Part shown: positions 47,058 through 56,702 of the stretch, piece by piece
Position numbering within the stretch: the stretch's first letter is position 1
Layout: each line of letters begins with the position of its first letter
NCBI GenBank assembly: GCA_040255465.1
Contig: JBDZVA010000001.1
Span: 130,021-194,020 of the forward strand
DNA length: 64,000 nucleotides
Direction: 5' to 3'
Source: Planctomycetaceae bacterium
GTDB taxonomy: Bacteria; Planctomycetota; Phycisphaerae; Phycisphaerales; UBA5793
Notes under the pieces: model-generated
The model's input: the letters and a program-made list of their open reading frames with translations, nothing else
What the model was told of the DNA's origin: nothing
The model's database searches: none
Made by a program: the position numbers and the translations under genes

Positions 47058-48959
47058 ATGAGCGAATCGCTGGTGTCCGATGACCCGCCCGTTTCATCGT
47101 CGCTTTCGCACTCGCTGGAAGCCGACCAGTTGCCGCCCGCCGCTCCGCGCGTCGATGGGCGCACCGTCTACATCTGCGCCCTGGCGGCGGTGCTCGGCCT
47201 CGCAGGTACCGTCTGTGCCCAGGCGCTCATCTGGCTGATCGACGCCGTGACCAATCTCAGTTTCTATGGGCGCTTCTCGGGCGAGTTTGTCTCGCCGGCG
47301 GACCATCATCTTGGAGTCTGGGTTATCTTCGTACCCATCGGCGGAGCGATCGTCGTTGGCCTCATGGCCCGCTACGGCTCGGCGGCAATTCGCGGGCACG
47401 GCATCCCCGAAGTCATGGAAGGTGTGCTCACCAGGCAAAGCGTCATCCCGGCGCGCGTCTCGCTGCTCAAACCTGTTTCGGCCGCCATCGCCATCGGCAC
47501 CGGCGGCCCCTTCGGCGCCGAAGGGCCGATCATTGCTTCGGGTGGCGCGCTGGGTTCGTTGTTCGGTCAGATCCTCAAGACGACCGATGCCGAACGCAAG
47601 ACGCTCCTCGCCGCCGGCGCTGCCGCAGGCATGTCCGCCACGTTCGGCTGCCCGCTCGCTTCGATCCTGCTCGCCGTTGAACTGCTGCTCTTCGAGTATC
47701 GCGTGCGCTCGCTCGTGCCCGTCGCGTTTGCCAGCGCCACGGCGGCGGGTCTGCGCGAGGTGATCGTTGGCTCTGATCCCATGTTCGCCATGCCGCTCAT
47801 CACGGCTCCGACGCTGCCGGGACAGGCGATGTACATACTCATCGGTTGCCTCATGGGCTTTGTCGCGCTGGTGCTGACGTGGAGCATCTACGCCGTCGAA
47901 GATGCGTTTCAGCGCACGCCGATCCACTGGATGTGGTGGCCCGCGATCGGCGCTGTCGCCGTGGGCGTCATCGGTTACTTCCAGCCGCACACATTCGGCG
48001 TTGGTTACGAGAACATCAGCAACGCGCTCTCGGCGAAGTTGGCGATGGGTCCCGTGCTCATTCTCTGCGTCGCCAAGTTTGTCTCATGGGCCATCTCGCT
48101 GGGCAGCGGTACCTCAGGTGGCACGCTGGCGCCGCTCTTTACCATCGGCGGCGGACTCGGCCTCGTGCTGGGCACCGTCATCGGCAACGCCTTTCCTGAT
48201 TCACAGGTGGACATCCACGTCGCTGCGCTCGTCGGCATGGCCGCCGTCTTTGCCGGCGCTTCACGCGCCCTGCTGGCCAGTGTGGTCTTCGCCGCCGAAA
48301 CGACGCACCAACCCATGAGCCTCCTGCCGCTGCTGGGCGGATGCGCTGCGGCGTACCTCGTCTGCGCCATCTTCTCGCGCGAGAGCATCATGACCGAACG
48401 CATGGCCCGGCGTGGCATTCGCGTGCCCACCGAGTATCTCCCAGATGCCCTTGACAGCATTTACGTCCGCGATATTGCCTCAAGAGACGTCATCACACTC
48501 AAGGCGGAGGACACGCTTCTCGAGGTTCGCGTCTGGCTCACGAGCGACGACCCGGCCGCCCGCCACCAGGGCTTTCCGCTCATCGACAAGAACGGCTCAA
48601 TCGTCGGCGTCCTCACGCGGCGCATCCTCATGGATCCCAGCATCTCCCCACTGAGCGTACTCGAAAAGCTCGTGAAGCGCCCGCCGTACGTCGTCTACGA
48701 AGACTGCACGGTGCGCGAAGCGCTCGAGCACATGCTCAACCACAAGATCGGCCGCCTGCCGGTGATCGCCCGCGACGGGTCGGCGCAACTCATCGGCATC
48801 GTCACGCGCCGCGACATCCTGGCGGCGTACAGCCGAGAACCGCGCGACGCGAACACGGCTCGCCGAATCATTCATCGCGACACGTTCAGGCAAAGCCTCT
48901 CCGCCGCCGGCCGTCGCAATCGCGCCACGGAACGGAAGACCGAGTCGGATGCGAGGTGA
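47058..48959 (+). CDS. ClC family chloride channel / H+-Cl- antiporter with C-terminal CBS pair
   Basis: GHGIPEV, GPFGAEGP, GGTLAPLF selectivity-filter motifs. Two CBS-like repeats at the C-terminus. Confidence 0.88.
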   Translation: MSESLVSDDPPVSSSLSHSLEADQLPPAAPRVDGRTVYICALAAVLGLAGTVCAQALIWLIDAVTNLSFYGRFSGEFVSPADHHLGVWVIFVPIGGAIVVGLMARYGSAAIRGHGIPEVMEGVLTRQSVIPARVSLLKPVSAAIAIGTGGPFGAEGPIIASGGALGSLFGQILKTTDAERKTLLAAGAAAGMSATFGCPLASILLAVELLLFEYRVRSLVPVAFASATAAGLREVIVGSDPMFAMPLITAPTLPGQAMYILIGCLMGFVALVLTWSIYAVEDAFQRTPIHWMWWPAIGAVAVGVIGYFQPHTFGVGYENISNALSAKLAMGPVLILCVAKFVSWAISLGSGTSGGTLAPLFTIGGGLGLVLGTVIGNAFPDSQVDIHVAALVGMAAVFAGASRALLASVVFAAETTHQPMSLLPLLGGCAAAYLVCAIFSRESIMTERMARRGIRVPTEYLPDALDSIYVRDIASRDVITLKAEDTLLEVRVWLTSDDPAARHQGFPLIDKNGSIVGVLTRRILMDPSISPLSVLEKLVKRPPYVVYEDCTVREALEHMLNHKIGRLPVIARDGSAQLIGIVTRRDILAAYSREPRDANTARRIIHRDTFRQSLSAAGRRNRATERKTESDAR

Positions 48960-49062
48960 CCTGCTCGGCTTGTTTGAACAAATCGTCCGTGACTTGACGA
49001 CATCACATACGTCCGTCCCCACGCCATTCATCGCGAGCCTATTCGTGATCGGGATCGCATTC

Positions 49063-49143
49063 GTCATCCCTGCGCAGGCAGGGATCCAGTCCGTTGGAGG
49101 TGGATGGGGTGATCGCTGGATTCCAGCCGGCGTTGCGATGGCG
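49063..49143. repeat. REP-like palindromic element of the VIPAxAGIQ / WIPAxAGMT class, plus a degenerate inverted second copy
   Basis: GTCATCCCTGCGCAGGCAGGGATCCAG (arms 49066-49073 / 49078-49085). The reverse frame reads WIPACAGMT. Second copy CTGGATTCCAGCCGGCGTTGCGATGGCG at 49116-49143. Confidence 0.6.
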
Positions 49144-49222
49144 AACAGAAGACTGGCCGACGCTTGGTTGACGAAGCGCGGAGTGACACGTGAGATGCCG
49201 CCGATCGCCCGCAACTATCAAG

Positions 49223-50740
49223 TCACCGCCGCTTGCCGCGTCCTTTGCCCTTCTTGCGCGCCTTGGCCTTCGGGCTTTCCGTGTGCGTCGAGCCTTTGGT
49301 CTTGAACATGCCGGCCAGTGCGCCCGCACCGCCGCGCCCCCCGCCTGCTCCAGCCGACTGCGCCGCGGCCATCTGTTTCATCGCGGCGAGTTTGCCCTTG
49401 CCGCCCGCGCCGCTCATGGTCTTGCTCATCTTGTTGACCATGTCGAACTGCTTGCTCAGTCGCGCGACATCCTGCAACGATGACCCGCTGCCTTTGGCCA
49501 CGCGCTGGCGCCGCGAGTTGTTGAGCACGCTCACATCGCGCCGCTCTTCCTTGGTCATCGAGTTGACGATGCCCTCGAGCCGGTTGAGCTGCTTGTCATC
49601 AACCTGCACTTCCTTGAGCATCGACCCCACGCCCGGCAGCATGCCCAGCAGTTGCTTGAGCGGACCCATCCGCCGCAACATGCGCAACTGGCCGAGGAAA
49701 TCGTCCATCGTCAGTTGGCCCTTGCTCATCTTCTCCTGCAGATCTTCAGCCTCCTCTTCGGAGACTTCCATCTGCGCCCGTTCGACGAGACTCAGCACAT
49801 CGCCCATGCCCAGGATCCGCCCGGCCATGCGCTCGGCGTGAAATTCTTCAAGCGCATCGAGATGCTCGCCAACGCCGATGAACTTGATCGGCGCCCCGGT
49901 GATCTGCTTGACGCTCAGTGCCGCGCCGCCGCGTGTGTCCGAGTCAAACTTGGTCAGGATCACGCCGTCGATGGCCAGCGCTTCGTTGAACGCCTTGGCG
50001 GAGTTCACCGCGTCCTGGCCCGTCATCGCATCGACGACGAGATAGATCTGGTGCGGTTGCACGGCGTTGTTCACCGCGCGCAACTCGCTCATGAGATCGT
50101 CGTTGATGTGCAGACGCCCCGCTGTGTCGAGAATGAGCACATCCACGCCGGTCTTCCGCGCCGCCTGCAGCGCCCGTTCGCACACGCCCACCGCCACGCC
50201 GACGGCCTTGCCGTACGCCGCACACTTGTCCGGTTCGGCGTAGAAGTGCACCGACCCTTCACCGCGCATCTTCTCCTGCACCTGTTTGGCGACAGTCTGC
50301 AACTGCTCCACCGCAGCGGGCCGCTGCAGGTCGGCGGCGGCGAGCATGACGCTCTTGCCCTTGCGACGCAGATGACCGGCGAGTTTGCCGCAGGTCGTCG
50401 TCTTTCCACTGCCCTGCAGGCCGCACATCATGATGATCGTCGGCGGCGGCGAGACGAGCATCACGCCCGGCTCGACGGGACCCATCAGATCGACCAGCCG
50501 CTTGTGGACGATGCCGATCATCTCCTGGCCCGGCTTGAGGCTCTTAGTGACCTCCGCGCCCAGGGCGTCCTCGAGCACGCCGTCGCAGAACGCCTTGACG
50601 ACGTCGTAATGCACGTCGGCTTCGAGCAGCGCCGTGCGGACCTCCCGCATCGATTCGGAGACGTTGGCCTCCGTGATGCGGCCGCGGCCGGAGAGTTTCT
50701 TGAACGTTTCGTTGAACCGTTCGCTCAGCGTTGCGAACAT
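49223..50740 (-). CDS. ffh: signal recognition particle protein Ffh
   Basis: Start MFATLSERFNETFKKL (cat 50738-50740) inside ORF 49223..51133. GLQGSGKTTTCGKLA, DTAGR, TKFD, Met-rich M domain, Gly/Lys/Arg-rich tail. Confidence 0.93.
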   Translation of the reverse strand: MFATLSERFNETFKKLSGRGRITEANVSESMREVRTALLEADVHYDVVKAFCDGVLEDALGAEVTKSLKPGQEMIGIVHKRLVDLMGPVEPGVMLVSPPPTIIMMCGLQGSGKTTTCGKLAGHLRRKGKSVMLAAADLQRPAAVEQLQTVAKQVQEKMRGEGSVHFYAEPDKCAAYGKAVGVAVGVCERALQAARKTGVDVLILDTAGRLHINDDLMSELRAVNNAVQPHQIYLVVDAMTGQDAVNSAKAFNEALAIDGVILTKFDSDTRGGAALSVKQITGAPIKFIGVGEHLDALEEFHAERMAGRILGMGDVLSLVERAQMEVSEEEAEDLQEKMSKGQLTMDDFLGQLRMLRRMGPLKQLLGMLPGVGSMLKEVQVDDKQLNRLEGIVNSMTKEERRDVSVLNNSRRQRVAKGSGSSLQDVARLSKQFDMVNKMSKTMSGAGGKGKLAAMKQMAAAQSAGAGGGRGGAGALAGMFKTKGSTHTESPKAKARKKGKGRGKRR

Positions 50741-51186
50741 AGTTGTGTAACTCCTACGGTCAGGAGGGCTTAGGGCGGTCGGCGCCGTTATCGGTCGGCC
50801 AGGATTCAGGGCCGCAAAGCTGCCTCGGGCTGGATGATAGGCCCACGGGCAGCCCTCACCGATCGTCAGACAATCAACACCGCTGCTCACGAGGCAGTGG
50901 TGACATCGGGTGGACCCTTGAAAGGGGGAACCCGCGCCTCGGATCCACACCGGGGCCCACCCAGTGCGTCCTGTAACAAGAGAGCGAATGCGGCCACCGA
51001 GACTGGTTCCCGCCAAAGCGGGCGGACCTGCACGGCTGTGCAGACGCCCAACGCACTCACGAGGATGTCTTTGCTGGACACTTGCACTGCCTGGTGTACA
51101 TTGAATAGGTAGGGCGTGCCGGAACCAACGCACAGGCTCCGGTAGCGCCGCTGGATTGAAAAATGGAAGAGTGAGGAGAAAGTGTC

Positions 51187-51927
51187 ATGAACACCAAAGG
51201 TATCACTGCGCTCATCGCGATCGGAACCATCGCCGCACTCGGCGCGCATGCGGCGACTGCAGATGTAATTCGGGACGGTGGTTTTGAACTGGGCACGGCT
51301 CCCGGCCTGCTCCTGCCCACCAGCATGGGACTCTGGTCGGGCGATATCACCGAAGTTGTCACCGCACAGGATGACATCATCCCCTTCGAAGGCGCCCAGA
51401 TGATTCATTTCATCTACTCGACGCCGCGCGGCCCCCACGGCGGCATCATCGGCTCCGAACTCTGGCAGATCATCGACATCAGCGGCTATCGCAGCATGAT
51501 CGATCGCGGCAACGCCGTTGCCACCGCCGAGGGCTGGTTCAACCGCATCGGCGGCGAAGATCCCAACATTGACACGCAATTCTCCATCGTCCTCTCCGCC
51601 TATTCCGGCTCCGCTTCCGACTTTCCCACGATGTGGAAGCACACCGAACTGGCGCTGAGCGAAGGCTTCGCGTACACCGACGGCGACACGCGATCGTGGG
51701 AGATGGCCACCACTTCGATGACCATCCCGATCGACGCCGACTTCATCGTCTATCGCATCACCGCAACCGAAGACGTCTTCGACGATGCGTTCGGAACCGA
51801 GTTCCACGGTCACTACGGCGATGCATTTACGTTGAGCATTACCGAAGTACCCGCCCCCGCCAGCCTCGCCATGATGCTCGGCGGCGCCCTGACCATCGGC
51901 GCCAGCCGCCGACGTCGGCACGCGTAG
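51187..51927 (+). CDS. secreted protein with PEP-CTERM-type C-terminal sorting tail
   Basis: Signal peptide MNTKGITALIAIGTIAALGAHAA. C-terminus VPAPASLAMMLGGALTIGASRRRRHA, i.e. Pro motif, TM helix and Arg cluster. Confidence 0.8.
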   Translation: MNTKGITALIAIGTIAALGAHAATADVIRDGGFELGTAPGLLLPTSMGLWSGDITEVVTAQDDIIPFEGAQMIHFIYSTPRGPHGGIIGSELWQIIDISGYRSMIDRGNAVATAEGWFNRIGGEDPNIDTQFSIVLSAYSGSASDFPTMWKHTELALSEGFAYTDGDTRSWEMATTSMTIPIDADFIVYRITATEDVFDDAFGTEFHGHYGDAFTLSITEVPAPASLAMMLGGALTIGASRRRRHA

Positions 51928-51961
51928 TCCTCGCGCACAACCAACAAACCTGCTCAAGCAA

Positions 51962-51991
51962 CAGCCCGCCCCTGCAAGCAGGGGCGGGCTG
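51962..51991. terminator. GC-rich hairpin between convergent genes
   Basis: CAGCCCGCCCCT / AGGGGCGGGCTG stem around GCAAGC. No clean T-run. Confidence 0.45.
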
Positions 51992-52025
51992 TCATATCGG
52001 ACAACAGAGTCGGGCCGATCCGCGC

Positions 52026-53591
52026 TTACGGATGTCGCACGACGTTGGTAAGATTGCAGCCGGGCAGATCATGCATCTGCATCCAGCCGAGACAGGCGCC
52101 GGACTGCGATTGTCCACTGCGCGAGCCGCTGCCGTTGGATCCTGAAGAGAAGGTGTTGACCAGCTGAATTGATCGACTGCCCAGGCCGAGCACGGTTCCC
52201 TGACATGGACCGAAGGGGATGACGAACGAACCGGTGTTCTTGGCGTAGATGAGCGCAACCGTCGAATTCGGCGTCGCGCCATCCCACGACACAGTGACGC
52301 GGCCGGGGCAGATGCCCGTGGCGGTCAGCGTAAACGTCGGCGGCGGGGGCGAAGCGTTCATCGCGTTCTTGAGGTTGACGCGCCCGTAGCCGAACACGTT
52401 ATCAACACCAGGGGCGCCGATATCAGTGCAGGTGCTCTTGATCAGATCTTCAACTTGGTCCGGAGTGATGCCGGGGTTGTTCGAGAAGATCATCGCGCCC
52501 ACGCCGGCCGCGATCGGGCAGGCCATGCTGGTGCCACTGAGAATCGCATAGCCGTTGTTGGCGTTGTTGTAGGTGGAGAGGATGTCCTGTCCCGGTGCGA
52601 AGAGATCGACGTAGTTTCCGTAGTTCGAGAACGAAGCGCGGCCGTCGGATGTCGTCGAGGCGCCGACGATGATCACGTCGTCCGCATCGCGATTGGGGCT
52701 GGAGAGGTTCAGGCCGCTGTTGCCGGCTGCCCAGAAGAGCAGGCCGCCGAGACTCTTGACAGTTGTCCCCGTTGTGCGAACAGAAGGACTGGTTGAACCC
52801 GAATAGCTGACACTTGAGCACTTGTCGCCGCTCTGAGCGGCCTTGATTGCCGCCTGCGTGAGCGTGTTGAAGTTGGCGCCGCCGTTGCTGGCCTCGCTCA
52901 CGCGGAGGATGCGGTTCCCAAGGCTCCAGCCCACACCGAGACCGCCGCGGGAGTTATTGCCATTGGCTGCGGCGCAGCCGCTGGTGTGCGTGCCGTGGCC
53001 ATTGATGTCCTGGACGTTTCCGCCTTGACTCTCCCACTGAAGTCGCACGGCGTTCCAGCCGTCGGCGCGGTATTGCTGGAACTCTTCATGAGCGGTGCGC
53101 AGGCCGGTGTCGCAGATGCCCACGCGGGTCGCGGGATTGCCGGTATGCACATCCCAGCCTTCGTAGCTCTGCATCTTCGCGTGCTGCCACTGGCTCGCAT
53201 GTGCCGGGTCGTTGGGCGTGAGTTGCGGATAGCAGATCCAATCAGGCTGAACATATTCGAAATGGCCTGACGCCATCAGGGCCTGCGCCGCTTCATTCTC
53301 CCCGAGTCCCTCGGGAAGCTGGAAGACGTACTCGTCGTTGGGATCGATGTACACATTGAGGACAAAATGATAGAGGATCAGGTCTCGACCAGCGGCATTC
53401 CTGAGTGCATCATGCTGCACGGGGCGGGCGATCATTGCACCGCTGAATTCGAGATAGCCGGGCTGCTCAAAGAACGGCTCGATCTGATTCCCATGGCCGG
53501 GATTCTGGGCGGCCGCCATCGGCGCCACCAACAGCGAGCCGGCCATGGCGAACATCGCTGCCGCTCCGGTGCGATTCATCTTCATAGACAT
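52026..53591 (-). CDS. secreted S8 (subtilisin-like) serine peptidase with novel C-terminal module
   Basis: Start MSMKMNRTGAAAMFAMAGSLLVAPMAAAQ. Catalytic triad GICDTG / HGTHTSG / GTSMACP. ORF track 52026..53687. Confidence 0.9.
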   Translation of the reverse strand: MSMKMNRTGAAAMFAMAGSLLVAPMAAAQNPGHGNQIEPFFEQPGYLEFSGAMIARPVQHDALRNAAGRDLILYHFVLNVYIDPNDEYVFQLPEGLGENEAAQALMASGHFEYVQPDWICYPQLTPNDPAHASQWQHAKMQSYEGWDVHTGNPATRVGICDTGLRTAHEEFQQYRADGWNAVRLQWESQGGNVQDINGHGTHTSGCAAANGNNSRGGLGVGWSLGNRILRVSEASNGGANFNTLTQAAIKAAQSGDKCSSVSYSGSTSPSVRTTGTTVKSLGGLLFWAAGNSGLNLSSPNRDADDVIIVGASTTSDGRASFSNYGNYVDLFAPGQDILSTYNNANNGYAILSGTSMACPIAAGVGAMIFSNNPGITPDQVEDLIKSTCTDIGAPGVDNVFGYGRVNLKNAMNASPPPPTFTLTATGICPGRVTVSWDGATPNSTVALIYAKNTGSFVIPFGPCQGTVLGLGSRSIQLVNTFSSGSNGSGSRSGQSQSGACLGWMQMHDLPGCNLTNVVRHP

Positions 53592-54039
53592 GCCTGTTTC
53601 CTTCTTTCTGGTTGCTGATCCGCCGCAACTCGCCACACGCGATTGAGCGGGACCAAGCGATCTCTCCAGACTCTCAGAGGACTCCATGTCCGCGCATGGA
53701 TCGCCCTCGCAGCCGTGTCGGGCCCGCCTCTCGAAGCATGAAAAGCGACGCGTTGATCAGCACGGCAACAGAACGCCGCACACTCACCCCACGATGTCCC
53801 GCCACGGACGCGGCTTTGATGCCGCGTGGGCGAGTATACTCGAAATCATTCGCGCCGCGGCTTGTTTTGTCATTAATTTGGGTGATTCTGGCGAACTTGG
53901 CAAGCGCGCCGCGCGATGCCTTGCCAAGCGGATCTTCCGATACCCTTAGCATGTGCGAGGCTGTTTCCTGCCGCGCCCGCGTCCGGGTTGACGCTGCCGA
54001 GGCTTCGAAACTCGCGATCAGCAGGGAGAAAAGAAACAA

Positions 54040-54073
54040 CCCACCCTCGCACTCGAGGGTGGGCTGTTTTTTC
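54040..54073. terminator. bidirectional rho-independent terminator
   Basis: CCCACCCTCG-CACT-CGAGGGTGGG, followed by CTGTTTTTT on the plus strand and TTGTTTCTTTTC on the minus strand. Located 23 nt downstream of the S8 gene stop. Confidence 0.75.
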
Positions 54074-54095
54074 AGCGCGTCGAACTGCTCCGTGA

Positions 54096-56702
54096 TTACG
54101 GATGCTGCGCGACGTTGGTCAGATTGCAGCCGGGCAGATCATGCATCTGCAACCAGCCGTGGCAGGCGCCGGACTGCGATTGTCCACTGCGCGAGCCGCT
54201 GCCGTTGGATCCCGACGGGAAGGTCGAGACGAGGCGAATCGCCTGGCTGCCCAGGCCAAGGACCGTTCCCTGGCACGGGCCGTACGGAATGACAAACGAG
54301 CCGGTGTTCCGCGCGTAGATGAGCGCGACCGTCGAACTCGGCGTCGCGTTCTCCCAGCGCACAGTGACCAGGCCGGGGCAGGTGCCCGTCACGGTCAGTG
54401 TGAAGGGCAGTGTGGTCGCGCGGTAGCCCAGGTCCATGCGCGTCGCGGTCGTGGGCGACGTCGTATTGCCGAAACGAGTCGAGTTGTAGGCGCGAGACGC
54501 CTGCGAGCTGCCTGCGGCGCGCGAGACGCTGACGTCGATTCCGGACGTGTTGACCGAGACGATCTCGACGAGCAGATTGCCCAGGTTCGGGTTGTAGGTA
54601 AACGTGTTGCGGCCAAAGTCAAAGAACATGCTGTGCTCAATTGAGCCATTGGTCATGTAGGTGCGCTTGGTGGCGCTGCCGGTGTACAGCGTCGTCATCG
54701 CGCCGTTCCGATTGTTGGCCAGATTCGAATCCAATCCGCCCTGGTTCGTGTCCACGCCGGGGATCTTGTTGGTGTATCCCATCCGAATGGTGATATTCGA
54801 TGTCGACGTGTCGCCGATGATGCCCGTGTTGGGCGCGAAGCCGATTGACTCCATCGTTACGGGACCGCTGAAGAGGTTCTTATTGAAGACCTGGTGCATC
54901 GTGCAGGTGTCGCCGTTGCCGAAGGGAACGAAGTTGTACGCCGCATGCGCGCTGGTGGGCAGAATGCCGCCCGGATTGACGCGATAGTGGACCGCACCAT
55001 TGAAGACGCGGTTGGTAAAGCCGCTGCCGAAGGGGTAGTTCAGTCCGAATCCGCGGTTTTCCCACCGAAGGTTGGCATCGGTATACGCCGAAAGCGGCCC
55101 GTTGGTGTAGCGAATCAGTCCGCCGTCCGTACGGGTGACGTAGATGCCGACCGTCTGGTTGGGCGCAATGGTCAGTCCGCCGATGTTAATCGGCGTGGGT
55201 TCGCCCTGCGGATTGGTTGGAGCCGCACTCTGAGATCCAAGCAGGGTCCACGCGCCGGCGTTGGCCTCCTTGCCGACGTACGAGGTCTTATTGGTGACGT
55301 AGTAGACCTCGAGATTGGCAGCGCCGCTGGTGAGATTATTGAAGTCGAAAGCCGTGATCGTCACGCCGACGGAATTCACGCAGGTGATGTCAAACATCGC
55401 GCCGGCCAGGCCGTTGCCGCCTTGCCACGTTGAACCGAGACTGCGCCGTGCGGTGCTCGCCAGCGCTTTGGCGGCGTTGACGCGCCCGTAGCCGAAGGTG
55501 TTGGAGTTGCCCACATTGTCGCACGTGCCCTTCATGAGGTCTTCGATGTCGTCAGGCGTGAACGAGGGATTCTGCGACCAGATCAGCGCCGCAAGTCCGG
55601 TAGCGCACGGAGCCGCCATGCTCGTACCGCTCATCAGGACATAGGCATCGTCACCCGAGTTGGACAGCGACAGGATGTTGCTGCCGGGAGCAAACAGGTC
55701 GACATACAGGCCGTAGTTGGAGAAGCTCGACTTGCCGTCCGTCTCGTTGGTGGATCCAACCACCATGACGTCGTCGGCATCGCGGTTCGAGCCGTTCATC
55801 GCCTGGTTGCTGTTGCCCGCCGCCCAGAAGACGAGAGAGCCGTTGTTCTTGATGACGGTGGCAGCCGCGCGAACCGCGGCATTGTCCACGCCGCTGTACG
55901 AGACGTTGATCGCCCGGTCACCCTGCTCCGAGGAAGTGATGGCCGCGTGATTCAGCACGTCGATCGACGAGTTTCCGTTCGAGAGGTTGCTGACCTTGAG
56001 AATGCGGTGCGCATAGTTCCAGCCGACGCCGGTGACGCCACGGGCGTTGTTGCCTCGGGCGGCGGCGATGCCGGTCGTGTGCGTGCCGTGGCCGTGGATG
56101 TCGTTGATATTTCCGCCGTTGGATTCCCACACCTCATCGACGGCGTTGTAGCCTTCCTTCCGGAGCACGGGAAGATCAAGGTGTGTCGTGCGCAGGCCGG
56201 TATCGCAGATGCCGACCGTGATGCCGTTGAATCCCGTGTTGTAGTTCCAGGCGGTAGTCGCCTGGATCTTGGTCATGTTCCACTGTTCGCCAAAGCGAGT
56301 GTCGTTGGGAGTGGCGACAGGATGGCAGATCCAGTTGGGCTCGACGAATTCAAAGAGCCCGGTGTTCATCAGCGTCTGGGCGACGGTGTTCTCCGTCTGG
56401 CCCTCGGGCACAGCGATGACATACCAGTCCACTGCGGGTCGGTACTTAAGGATGGTGTAGTTCGCTTCCAGGTGCGCCTTGGCCGCTTCGGACTTCATGA
56501 CCTGGCCTTGGACGGGCCGGGCGATCATCTGGCCGGAAAACTCGAGTTCGCCAGGCTGCTCGACGAAGACTCGGACCGCCTTGGTTTCGCCCGAGCCGTT
56601 ATCAGCCATCGCCCATGGCGACAACAACACGGTCGTGGCGAGCACCATTGCTGCGCCACTCAGTTTCAATTGCCTCAACATTTGCATCTCCTTGTTCTGC
56701 AA
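54096..56702 (-). CDS. secreted S8 serine peptidase with large inserted beta-rich region and the same C-terminal module
   Basis: Signal peptide. GICDTG / HGTHTTG / GTSMAAP. About 340 aa of extra sequence lie between the catalytic domain and the C-terminal module. Confidence 0.9.
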   Translation of the reverse strand: MQNKEMQMLRQLKLSGAAMVLATTVLLSPWAMADNGSGETKAVRVFVEQPGELEFSGQMIARPVQGQVMKSEAAKAHLEANYTILKYRPAVDWYVIAVPEGQTENTVAQTLMNTGLFEFVEPNWICHPVATPNDTRFGEQWNMTKIQATTAWNYNTGFNGITVGICDTGLRTTHLDLPVLRKEGYNAVDEVWESNGGNINDIHGHGTHTTGIAAARGNNARGVTGVGWNYAHRILKVSNLSNGNSSIDVLNHAAITSSEQGDRAINVSYSGVDNAAVRAAATVIKNNGSLVFWAAGNSNQAMNGSNRDADDVMVVGSTNETDGKSSFSNYGLYVDLFAPGSNILSLSNSGDDAYVLMSGTSMAAPCATGLAALIWSQNPSFTPDDIEDLMKGTCDNVGNSNTFGYGRVNAAKALASTARRSLGSTWQGGNGLAGAMFDITCVNSVGVTITAFDFNNLTSGAANLEVYYVTNKTSYVGKEANAGAWTLLGSQSAAPTNPQGEPTPINIGGLTIAPNQTVGIYVTRTDGGLIRYTNGPLSAYTDANLRWENRGFGLNYPFGSGFTNRVFNGAVHYRVNPGGILPTSAHAAYNFVPFGNGDTCTMHQVFNKNLFSGPVTMESIGFAPNTGIIGDTSTSNITIRMGYTNKIPGVDTNQGGLDSNLANNRNGAMTTLYTGSATKRTYMTNGSIEHSMFFDFGRNTFTYNPNLGNLLVEIVSVNTSGIDVSVSRAAGSSQASRAYNSTRFGNTTSPTTATRMDLGYRATTLPFTLTVTGTCPGLVTVRWENATPSSTVALIYARNTGSFVIPYGPCQGTVLGLGSQAIRLVSTFPSGSNGSGSRSGQSQSGACHGWLQMHDLPGCNLTNVAQHP

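Noticed and set aside
50741-51186. Cobalamin or c-di-GMP-I riboswitch, or SRP RNA, upstream of ffh or the PEP-CTERM gene
   Set aside because: Only fragmentary resemblances exist (GGCCACCGAGACTGG versus the B12 box; ACGCACAGGCTCCGG versus the GEMM-I ACGCAAAGCCTCCGG). The partner halves of those motifs and the CCGGAAGGAAGCAGC SRP motif are missing.
50887-51957. 356-aa minus-strand ORF
   Set aside because: It is antisense to the PEP-CTERM-type gene, which has a clean signal peptide and sorting tail, and it runs into the non-coding ffh upstream region.
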